Positions 1 to 9,458 of a stretch of 64,000 nucleotides of DNA are shown one piece after another (the stretch's first letter is position 1; every line of letters starts with the position of its first letter). A program made the position numbers and the translations under genes. A model generated the notes under the pieces. That model saw only the letters and a program-made list of their open reading frames with translations, ran no database searches and was not told where the DNA came from. The DNA comes from an uncultured SAR86 cluster bacterium (lineage in GTDB: Bacteria; Pseudomonadota; Gammaproteobacteria; Magnimaribacterales; D2472), in assembly GCA_902558395.1 (NCBI GenBank), contig CACEDS010000001.1, positions 389,152-453,151 on the forward strand. The letters run 5' to 3'.

Positions 1-754
1 GTCTTTGACTTATAAGTTACTAGCAGCGCTTATGTGCTTAGGCTTTCTTGGGGTTATATTTTCTAGCGAGAATAGGAATCCTGAGCTGGGAAAACTTAAT
101 TTCTCTAATTCAATTTACGAGCCATTAGAAGATTTTTTTTCTCGCTTTAAATTAGGTATGGCATCAATTTTGTTACTTATAGTTGCTACTTACAGATTAA
201 CAGACATAGTGATGGGCCCTATGGCAACTCCTTTTTATATAGATATGGGTTTTACCTTAACTGAGATAGGTGCTGTAGTAAAAGTTGTAGCATTAATAGC
301 ATCAATTGTTGGTATTTTTGTTGGCGGTTTATTAATTAAAAGAATAAAAATTTTTAGATCACTTTTAATTGGCGCATTTTTAGTGATGATTACAAATGTC
401 TTATTTGCGTACGTTGCAATTACAGAAAAAAATATAATTTCTTTAGCATCAATTGTTGCAATGGATAGCCTTGCTGCTGGTATTGTTGGAACTGTAAATA
501 TTGCATTTTTAACAAGCTTGGTATCAAAAAAATATACAGCTTTTCAATATGCTTTGCTCACGGGCTTTATGACTTTGCCTGGATTTGCTTTAAAAGGTCT
601 ATCGGGTGTTTGGGTCGAGTCATTTCAAACATCTTATGGTTTTGAGTATGGCTGGATGAGTTTTTATATAGCTACTTCATTACTAACAATTCCATCAATA
701 CTATTGTTGTATTTTAACAAAGCTTTTATGCAGAAACATGAAGACACTTTATAG
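1..754 (+). CDS. ampG: AmpG-family MFS muropeptide permease, C-terminal part (5' end off window)
   Basis: The ORF is open to the window edge. It is a multi-TM protein, and the segment LTDIVMGPMATPFYIDMGFTLTEIG plus the overall hydrophobic pattern resemble the AmpG permease family. Confidence 0.6.
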   Translation, partial: SLTYKLLAALMCLGFLGVIFSSENRNPELGKLNFSNSIYEPLEDFFSRFKLGMASILLLIVATYRLTDIVMGPMATPFYIDMGFTLTEIGAVVKVVALIASIVGIFVGGLLIKRIKIFRSLLIGAFLVMITNVLFAYVAITEKNIISLASIVAMDSLAAGIVGTVNIAFLTSLVSKKYTAFQYALLTGFMTLPGFALKGLSGVWVESFQTSYGFEYGWMSFYIATSLLTIPSILLLYFNKAFMQKHEDTL

Positions 755-1076
755 ATCAATATTTTTCTTAACTCTATTAATTGTATTTTGCTTAAGCATA
801 GTGCCAGCTGCTGCTATACCAAACATAGCAGCGTTAGATTTTCTAAGCGATAAACTGATACATACTCTAATATTTTTATTTCTATCTTTTGTTGGCCTCA
901 AATGTCATTTTAATATTTCTGAAATATTTTTATTAACTATGATATTTAGTTTTGGCCTTACGATTGAGGTAATTCATTATTACCATCCTTATAGATTTTT
1001 TGAAATAGCTGATTTAATTGCAAATTTAATTGGAATTTTAGCTGCCTTAGTTATTTTCAATAAAAAAATCATATAA
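738..1076 (+). CDS. VanZ-like family membrane protein
   Basis: 112 aa with 4 predicted TM segments. SDKLIHTLIFLFLSF and the C-terminal DLIANLIGILAA are typical of VanZ-like proteins. It overlaps the ampG end by 17 nt. Confidence 0.55.
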   Translation: MKTLYRSIFFLTLLIVFCLSIVPAAAIPNIAALDFLSDKLIHTLIFLFLSFVGLKCHFNISEIFLLTMIFSFGLTIEVIHYYHPYRFFEIADLIANLIGILAALVIFNKKII

Positions 1077-1165
1077 GGTATTGATTTCCTTTATTTAGGC
1101 CATAACTAGTGTGTTAGTTAATAAACTAACATAAAATTCATTAATTATTTTAATAGGAGATAAAA

Positions 1166-1453
1166 ATGAAATTAAGACCTTTGCATGACAAGGTTCTAGT
1201 TAAGAGAACTGAAGAGGAAGAAACTTCATCCGGAGGTATTATTCTTTCAGGATCTGCCAAAGAAAAACCTTCACAAGGTGAAGTAATATCAGTGGGGCCT
1301 GGCAAGAAAAATGATTCAGGAGAAGTTGTTCCAGTAAATGTTAAAGCTGGTGATACTGTTCTTTTTGGTCAGTATGCTGGTAACGAAGTAAAAGTTGATG
1401 GCGAAGAATATCTAATCATGAGTGAGAGTGATATTTTCGGCGTTATTGAATAA
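1166..1453 (+). CDS. groES: Co-chaperonin GroES
   Basis: 95 aa, [14 protein letters not shown]...GGIIL, a classical Cpn10. AGGAGA RBS at 1155-1160. Confidence 0.97.
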   Translation: MKLRPLHDKVLVKRTEEEETSSGGIILSGSAKEKPSQGEVISVGPGKKNDSGEVVPVNVKAGDTVLFGQYAGNEVKVDGEEYLIMSESDIFGVIE

Positions 1454-1473
1454 TTAATAAATATAAATACTAA

Positions 1474-3129
<1,656 letters not shown>

Positions 3130-3149
3130 TCATTTAATGTTCATTATTA

Positions 3150-3177
3150 AATGGGGCTTTTTAGCCCCATTTTTATT
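3150..3177 (+). terminator. Rho-independent terminator after groEL
   Basis: Stem ATGGGGCT (3151-3158) / AGCCCCAT (3163-3170), TTTT loop, followed by TTTTATT. Confidence 0.75.
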
Positions 3178-3233
3178 AGATTTAAAGTAAAATTTATTTT
3201 AATATACGATAAAGCATATTTATAAGGAGAGTC

Positions 3234-3854
3234 ATGGATATATTAACCGATCAAGCTTTTTTTAGATCCTTTCATATTTTATTTGGCATAGCCTGGATAG
3301 GGTTACTTTATTACTTTAACTTTGTTCAAGGTGAGTATGTAAAAGTTGCTGATCCAGATGCAAAAGCTGATGTATTCAAAAAACTTGCACCTAATGCATT
3401 GTGGTGGTTTAGATGGGCTGCATTGTTTACTTTTTTAACTGGAGTTATTTTGCTTCATCAAATATCTGTGAGAATAGGAACAGAAATTATTCTTGGTGCA
3501 ACAATGGGTACCCTTATGATGCTTAATGTTTGGGGTATTATTTGGAGAAATCAAAAGATTGTTTTAGGCATGAAAGAAGGCGATGCTGCAGTTGCTGGAG
3601 CAAAAGCAGGACTTGCATCTAGAACTAATACACTTTTTTCAGTACCAATGCTCATGTATATGGTTTATTCGGTTCATGGTGGCGGAGTAGATATCAGCAT
3701 GAATGCTGTATTGATTGGACTAGCAATCATTTTTGCAATAGAGGCTAATGCAATCTGGGGAAAAATGTTACCAGCGATTACTTCTGTAAAAGCAGTAATA
3801 ACATCTTCATTCGTTTTAGCTATTGTAATGAAAGTTATTACTGACTTAATGTAA
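3234..3854 (+). CDS. Integral membrane protein, family unassigned
   Basis: 206 aa with about 5 hydrophobic segments and an AAGGAGAG RBS. The N-terminal FGIAWIGLLYYFNFVQ loosely recalls PuuD/urate-oxidase-N-type membrane domains, but I cannot confirm that. It is a monocistron flanked by terminators on both sides. Confidence 0.55.
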   Translation: MDILTDQAFFRSFHILFGIAWIGLLYYFNFVQGEYVKVADPDAKADVFKKLAPNALWWFRWAALFTFLTGVILLHQISVRIGTEIILGATMGTLMMLNVWGIIWRNQKIVLGMKEGDAAVAGAKAGLASRTNTLFSVPMLMYMVYSVHGGGVDISMNAVLIGLAIIFAIEANAIWGKMLPAITSVKAVITSSFVLAIVMKVITDLM

Positions 3855-3874
3855 ATTTATAGTTACTTATACTT

Positions 3875-3906
3875 AAAGGGGAGCTTAAGCTCCCCTTTAT
3901 TTTTAA
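3875..3906 (+). terminator. Rho-independent terminator
   Basis: Perfect 10-bp stem AAAGGGGAGC (3875-3884) / GCTCCCCTTT (3889-3898), TTAA loop, then a T-rich tail. Confidence 0.8.
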
Positions 3907-3964
3907 ATACTTTCTAAAATAACAAAAAATCATATAGAATGACCTCAAAAATATAGGAAATTAC

Positions 3965-4549
3965 ATGGACAAAAAGCCAAGCGAAACTGAAGTACTAGAA
4001 GCAGTAAGAAAGCTAATTTTATGGGCAGGAGACGATCCTGAAAGAGAGGGGTTAATTGAAACACCTAAAAGAGTAGCTAAAGCATATAAAGAATTCTTTT
4101 CAGGCTATCACGAAGATCCATATGAAATCTTAAATAAAACCTTTGAAGAAGTTGAGGGCTATGACGATGCTGTTATAGTAAGAGATATAAGAGTTGAGTC
4201 TCATTGTGAGCACCACATGGTTCCAATTATAGGAGTTGCTCATGTCGGTTATATCCCAAACAATAGAGTTGTTGGAATAAGTAAATTAGCAAGGCTTGTA
4301 GATGTTTTTGGTAAAAGGCTACAGACTCAAGAAACAATGACAGCTCAGATTGCAGATACTATTAATGATGTTCTTCAACCAAAAGGTGTTGCAGTTGTAA
4401 TTGATGCTAGTCACGGTTGTATGAGTACTAGGGGTATCCATAAAACTGAATCAAGTACTATAACCTCAAGAATGCTAGGTATATTTAGAGAAGATAATAA
4501 AGCTAGAGAGGAATTCATTAATTTGATTAATTCGCCTAAGAAATTTTAG
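3965..4549 (+). CDS. folE: GTP cyclohydrolase I
   Basis: 194 aa. The motif [21 protein letters not shown] and SKLARLV match the FolE type 1 signature. Confidence 0.93.
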   Translation: MDKKPSETEVLEAVRKLILWAGDDPEREGLIETPKRVAKAYKEFFSGYHEDPYEILNKTFEEVEGYDDAVIVRDIRVESHCEHHMVPIIGVAHVGYIPNNRVVGISKLARLVDVFGKRLQTQETMTAQIADTINDVLQPKGVAVVIDASHGCMSTRGIHKTESSTITSRMLGIFREDNKAREEFINLINSPKKF

Positions 4550-5188
4550 ATGAACTCTAGCAAGATACTGCGATCAAGTATCAGTCCATCAGTACCCATA
4601 ATTCTAGCTTCAGGCTCTGAGAGTAGAAGGGTTATGCTTGAAGATGCAGGTTTAGATTTTAAAGTTTCTTCTTCTGATGTAAATGAGGATATTCTTAAAC
4701 AACAAATGACAGGAATGCCCTTTGAGGAGCAAGTTATGAAGCTAGCATCAGCTAAAGCTGAAGAAGTAAGCAATAAGAATAAAGATCATATTGTCATTGG
4801 GGGAGATCAAATGTGTGTTTGCAATAATACAATCTTTGACAAGCCAGGCTCTGTTGAAAAAGCAATAAATAATCTGCAAGTTTTATCTGGAACAACCCAT
4901 CATCAATATAGTGGTATCTGTATTTTTAAAAACGGTGAATCATTATGGGAGTATTATGAAAGGGTTGAAATGAATATGCATAAATTGTCAGATGAAGAAA
5001 TTATTAATTACGTAAAATTAGAAAATCCTATTCATGCAGCTGGTGCATATAAATTTGAATCTTTAGGATGTAACTTATTCTCATCTGTGAATGGCTCCTC
5101 ATATACAATAAGAGGAATGCCTTTGCTACCCTTGCTAAGTAAATTAAGGGAAATGGGTGTAATAAATCTAGAACAATCTGTTAATTAA
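4550..5188 (+). CDS. maf: Maf-like nucleoside triphosphate pyrophosphatase
   Basis: 212 aa with IILASGSESRRVMLEDAGLDF and AGAYKFESLG typical of Maf/YhdE. The start abuts the folE stop. Confidence 0.8.
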   Translation: MNSSKILRSSISPSVPIILASGSESRRVMLEDAGLDFKVSSSDVNEDILKQQMTGMPFEEQVMKLASAKAEEVSNKNKDHIVIGGDQMCVCNNTIFDKPGSVEKAINNLQVLSGTTHHQYSGICIFKNGESLWEYYERVEMNMHKLSDEEIINYVKLENPIHAAGAYKFESLGCNLFSSVNGSSYTIRGMPLLPLLSKLREMGVINLEQSVN

Positions 5189-6568
5189 ATGAAAATTTTT
5201 AATACTCATTCTGGAAAAAAAGAGGACTTTGTTCCTATAAATCCAGAGCATATCAAAATCTATGCTTGTGGCCCAACTGTCTATAACTATGCTCATATCG
5301 GAAATGCAAGAATGGCAGTTGTGTTCGATACTTTAGTCAGAGTTTTAAGAGACATCTATCCAAAAGTTACTTATGTCTCAAACATAACCGATATTGATGA
5401 CAAAATTATTGATGCTGCAAATGAACTAAATGTACCAATAGAAGAGATAACTAATAAATATACATATATTTATAACGAAGATATGTCAAAGCTTTTAGTG
5501 ATGGCTCCAGATATTCAACCAAAAGCAACTGAATACATTCCAGAAATGATAGCTCTTATTAATGATTTAATAGATAAAAATCATGCATATGAAAAAGAAG
5601 GACATGTTTTATTTCATGTGCCTTCGTATGAAAATTATGGGAGCCTTTCAAAAAGAAATCGTGAAGAACAGATTGCTGGAAGTAGGGTCGAAATTGCACC
5701 CTTTAAAAAAGATCCAGCTGATTTTGTGTTATGGAAGCCAAGTAATGACAAACAACCGGGCTGGAACTCACCGTGGGGGTATGGAAGACCTGGGTGGCAT
5801 ACAGAATGTTCAGCAATGTCTGAAAAAACACTAGGGCTTCCTTTTGATATTCATGGTGGTGGAAGAGATCTTACATTTCCCCATCATGAAAATGAGATTG
5901 CTCAAAGTTGTTGCTCATCTGCTGATATTAATAATCCAAATTCATATGTAAATTATTGGATGCATAATGGTTTTGTAACAGTGAACGGCGAAAAAATGTC
6001 CAAATCTTTGGGTAACATTTCTTTGGTTAAAGATTTAACTGATTCAAATCATGGAGAAGTAGTTCGACTGGCACTTCTTTCATCTCATTATAGACAGGCT
6101 CTTGATTGGAACGAAAAAGTTATTCATCAGTCCAAAAGATTGCTGGATAAGCTATATAACTTATTGAATGAAATTAAAGAGGTTGAGCCATCAAAAGATT
6201 TAAGTTTGTCTGACAGTTTTATATCACCTCTTCTGGATGATCTAAATACTCCAGGATTGATTGCAAATCTCAACAAGATGATTAAAGATTTTCATTCAAT
6301 ATCTGAAAATGAATTACCTTTATTTAAAACTAATTTAATTAGAGCAACTAGTCTTATTGGGGTATGTCAGTCTTCTTATAAGGATTGGTTATCTGTAAAA
6401 AATAAAAATATTGATGAAGAGAAAATTAATATACTCATTGCAGAGAGACTAGAGGCAAAAAAAATTAAAGACTTTGAAAGGGCAGACCAAATAAGACAAG
6501 AACTTTTAGATATGAATGTTGAAATCAAAGATAATCAACAAGGAACTGACTGGAGCGTAAAGTCATGA
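5189..6568 (+). CDS. cysS: Cysteine--tRNA ligase
   Basis: 459 aa with the class I HIGH (HIGNARM) and KMSKS (KMSKSLGN) motifs, and CGPTVYNYAHIGN. Confidence 0.97.
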   Translation: MKIFNTHSGKKEDFVPINPEHIKIYACGPTVYNYAHIGNARMAVVFDTLVRVLRDIYPKVTYVSNITDIDDKIIDAANELNVPIEEITNKYTYIYNEDMSKLLVMAPDIQPKATEYIPEMIALINDLIDKNHAYEKEGHVLFHVPSYENYGSLSKRNREEQIAGSRVEIAPFKKDPADFVLWKPSNDKQPGWNSPWGYGRPGWHTECSAMSEKTLGLPFDIHGGGRDLTFPHHENEIAQSCCSSADINNPNSYVNYWMHNGFVTVNGEKMSKSLGNISLVKDLTDSNHGEVVRLALLSSHYRQALDWNEKVIHQSKRLLDKLYNLLNEIKEVEPSKDLSLSDSFISPLLDDLNTPGLIANLNKMIKDFHSISENELPLFKTNLIRATSLIGVCQSSYKDWLSVKNKNIDEEKINILIAERLEAKKIKDFERADQIRQELLDMNVEIKDNQQGTDWSVKS

Positions 6569-7170
6569 TTCCTGCAAAATCTTCTAATTATGATCTTCCA
6601 GATTCTTACGATAATATCGAACAGACTCTAATAACAGCTGATCAAATTCTCTCTGATGCAGTAGAAAATGCAAAAACTCTTTTTCATTCACCGACAGTCT
6701 CCTCTATTGAGGATTCAAAAATAGTTTCTCGTGTAATGGTATTAAGAGAATTTAATCTTAAAGATAGATTTATGAGATTTCATACTGATTATAGATCCCC
6801 TAAAATAAAACAATATAAAAAAAATAGCACAGCTTCTGTTTTAGGCTATGATCCAATACTAAAGGTACAAATAAAATTACAAGGCACAATAGAATCTCAT
6901 TATCATAATTCTGTTACGCGAAATGCATGGGATGGATCAACAAATAGGTCTAAAAAGTGTTATTCAGTCAGGGGAGGTTCCTCTTTTAAGATAGATAACC
7001 CAAATAAATATGATCTTAAGGACGGTAATATTGAAGATGGGTATATGAATTTTGCTGTATTGATATTTACATTTAATTCATTAGAGTTTCTTCATTTAAA
7101 AAGCTCTGGACACAGAAGAGCTTTGCATACTTGGAATGACAATTATGCATCACAATGGTTGGTGCCATAA
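6565..7170 (+). CDS. Pyridoxamine 5'-phosphate oxidase-like FMN-binding family protein (putative)
   Basis: 201 aa. The pattern RVMVLREF...RFHTDYRSPKIKQ...VQIKLQG...GYMNFAVL...LEFLHL resembles the PNPOx split-barrel family. ATGA overlap with the cysS stop. Confidence 0.45.
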   Translation: MIPAKSSNYDLPDSYDNIEQTLITADQILSDAVENAKTLFHSPTVSSIEDSKIVSRVMVLREFNLKDRFMRFHTDYRSPKIKQYKKNSTASVLGYDPILKVQIKLQGTIESHYHNSVTRNAWDGSTNRSKKCYSVRGGSSFKIDNPNKYDLKDGNIEDGYMNFAVLIFTFNSLEFLHLKSSGHRRALHTWNDNYASQWLVP

Positions 7171-7206
7171 TACAAACTAAAAATTTTTACCTATATAATA
7201 CCTTCT

Positions 7207-9138
7207 ATGAAAATTACATTACCAGATAGGAGTGTTAGAAAGCTAGAGGTTGGCTCAAATGGCCTAGATATAGCTAACGATATTGGCCCGGGTTTGGCCA
7301 AAGCTGCTTTAGCTGTATCTGTAAATGGCATTCAAAAAGATTTATGCGATCCTATCAATGAAGACTCTGATGTATCAATAATAACTATTGATTCTGATGA
7401 AGGGCTTGAAATCATGAGGCACACCCTTACCGCACAAGTTCTTGCAAGAGCTGTTAAAAACCTTTATCCAGATGCAAAGTTAGCCATTGGACCAACGATT
7501 AAAGATGGTTTTTACTATGATTTTGAATTTGTAAAACCTATTGCTCCTAATGATTTAGAAAAAATTGAAAAAGAAATGCAGAAAATAATTAATTCTAAGT
7601 CTGCAATTATTAAAAAATTACATTCAAAAAAAGATGCATTAAAAGTTTTTAGCTCTAATGCAGAACCTTATAAAGAATCTATTATTAATGAATCTGAACA
7701 AGAAGATAATTTTCAACTTTATTATCAAGAAAATGATGAATTTGTAGATTTGTGCAGAGGACCTCATCTGCCTAGCCTAAAGCACATAGGAGCTTTTAAG
7801 TTAACAAAACTTGCTGGAGCATACTGGAAAGGAGATTCAAAAAATAAAATGCTTACAAGAATTTATGGAACAGCATGGAAAAATGAAAAAGATTTAAATG
7901 CTTACCTAGAGTCTATAGAAGAAGCTGAAAAAAGAGATCATAGAAAAATCGGTAAAGAAATGAATCTCTTTCATTTCCAAGAAGAGGCGCCTGGAATGGT
8001 GTTTTGGCATCCAGATGGATGGACTGTATATAGACTTCTGCAAGATTTTATGAGAGATAAGCTAAGGGAATTTGATTATCAAGAAATTAATACTCCTTTG
8101 GTAGTCGATAGAAAACTATGGGAAGCATCCGGTCACTGGGATAAGTATAGAGAAAATATGTTCATAACTGAGATAGATGAGGAGCATGCTAATGAAAAAA
8201 GGACTAACGCATTAAAACCAATGAATTGTCCATGTCATGTTCAGGTATACAATCAAGGGTTGAAGTCATATCGAGATCTACCTGTTCGTTATGCGGAGTT
8301 TGGTTCTTGTCATAGGTATGAAGCATCAGGAACAATGCATGGGCTTATGCGTGTTAGAGGTTTTACTCAAGATGACGGCCATATTTTTTGTACGGAAGAG
8401 CAAATTGAATCTGAAACAAAGTTATTCATAGAACTTCTTTCACAGACATATAGAGATTTAGGGTTTAAAAATTTTGATATTAAACTATCGACGCGTCCTG
8501 AAATAAGAGTGGGTTCTGATGAAGTTTGGGATAAAGCAGAAAATGCTCTTGAATCAGCAATTAAAAAACTTAACCTTCCCTTTGAAATTCAAGAAGGAGA
8601 CGGGGCTTTTTATGGCCCAAAACTTGATTTTGTTCTCACAGACGCAATAGGCAGAGAATGGCAATGCGGTACCTTCCAAGCAGACTTTAATTTACCTGAA
8701 AGACTAGATGCTGAATATGTTGGTGAAGATGGTAAAAAACACATGCCTGTTATGATTCATCGAGCTGTATTAGGTTCTTTTGAAAGATTCATTGGGGTTT
8801 TGATAGAAAACTACTCAGGTAAACTTCCTTTTTGGCTTGCTCCTGTACAAGTTATAGTCGCAACTATAATTTCAGATGTTGATGATTATGCTGAAGAAAT
8901 AATTCATTCCTTAGAGGAAACAGGAATAAGGTGTGATTCAGATCTTAGAAATGAGAAGATTAGCTATAAAGTTAGAGAACATAGTTCCAAAAAAGTACCA
9001 ATTATTCTTGTGGTGGGTAAAAACGAAAAAAATGACAGAACTGTTTCTATAAGAAGAATAGGTAGCAATAATACAGAAATGCTAGATTTTAAAATTGCCT
9101 TGAAGCAAATTAATGAAGAAAACAATATTTTAAGTTAG
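7207..9138 (+). CDS. thrS: Threonine--tRNA ligase
   Basis: 643 aa with an N-terminal TGS domain, the class II core ([32 protein letters not shown]) and an anticodon-binding C-terminus. Confidence 0.97.
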   Translation: MKITLPDRSVRKLEVGSNGLDIANDIGPGLAKAALAVSVNGIQKDLCDPINEDSDVSIITIDSDEGLEIMRHTLTAQVLARAVKNLYPDAKLAIGPTIKDGFYYDFEFVKPIAPNDLEKIEKEMQKIINSKSAIIKKLHSKKDALKVFSSNAEPYKESIINESEQEDNFQLYYQENDEFVDLCRGPHLPSLKHIGAFKLTKLAGAYWKGDSKNKMLTRIYGTAWKNEKDLNAYLESIEEAEKRDHRKIGKEMNLFHFQEEAPGMVFWHPDGWTVYRLLQDFMRDKLREFDYQEINTPLVVDRKLWEASGHWDKYRENMFITEIDEEHANEKRTNALKPMNCPCHVQVYNQGLKSYRDLPVRYAEFGSCHRYEASGTMHGLMRVRGFTQDDGHIFCTEEQIESETKLFIELLSQTYRDLGFKNFDIKLSTRPEIRVGSDEVWDKAENALESAIKKLNLPFEIQEGDGAFYGPKLDFVLTDAIGREWQCGTFQADFNLPERLDAEYVGEDGKKHMPVMIHRAVLGSFERFIGVLIENYSGKLPFWLAPVQVIVATIISDVDDYAEEIIHSLEETGIRCDSDLRNEKISYKVREHSSKKVPIILVVGKNEKNDRTVSIRRIGSNNTEMLDFKIALKQINEENNILS

Positions 9139-9141
9139 CTA

Positions 9142-9330
9142 ATGATAGCCAGAATTTTTATTCTTCCAATAAAGTTTTATCGGTATTTTATTTCTCCCAT
9201 GTTCCCACCAAGCTGTAGATTTACCCCAACATGCTCAGAGTACGCTATAGATGTAATACAGCGTTTTGGTGTGCTAAAAGGAACATATCTTGCAATTATC
9301 AGGCTTAGCAAATGCCACCCTTGGCATTAA
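9142..9330 (+). CDS. yidD: Membrane protein insertion efficiency factor YidD
   Basis: 62 aa with YRYFISP..PPSCRFTPTCSEYA...KCHPWH, the YidD signature. It ends right after CHPWH, slightly shorter than usual. Confidence 0.85.
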   Translation: MIARIFILPIKFYRYFISPMFPPSCRFTPTCSEYAIDVIQRFGVLKGTYLAIIRLSKCHPWH

Positions 9331-9358
9331 CTAATTATAAATAAAAGTGATTTATTAA

Positions 9359-9397
9359 TATAATTAAAATATATAATAAATATATATTTTAATTATA
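9359..9397. repeat. Perfect 17-bp inverted repeat (AT-only) with 5-nt spacer
   Basis: TATAATTAAAATATATA (9359-9375), ATAAA, TATATATTTTAATTATA (9381-9397). It lies between the yidD stop and the receptor gene start. Confidence 0.9.
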
Positions 9398-9458
9398 ATT
9401 TTATTAATGATATAGTAAATTTAGATACAAACTTAAAATCATTTTAGGGGGGACTAAT

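Noticed and set aside
1112-1131. CIRCE/HrcA operator upstream of groES.
   Set aside because: The inverted repeat present (TGTTAGTT-N4-AACTAACA) matches neither the CIRCE sequence nor its 9-nt spacing. It is kept only as a low-interest unexplained repeat.
9401-9420. Possible Fur box (TTATTAATGATATAGTAAAT) upstream of the first TonB-dependent receptor.
   Set aside because: Only about 10 of 19 positions match GATAATGATAATCATTATC, and the match is confined to an AATGATA core. This is not distinguishable from background in nearly pure A/T sequence.
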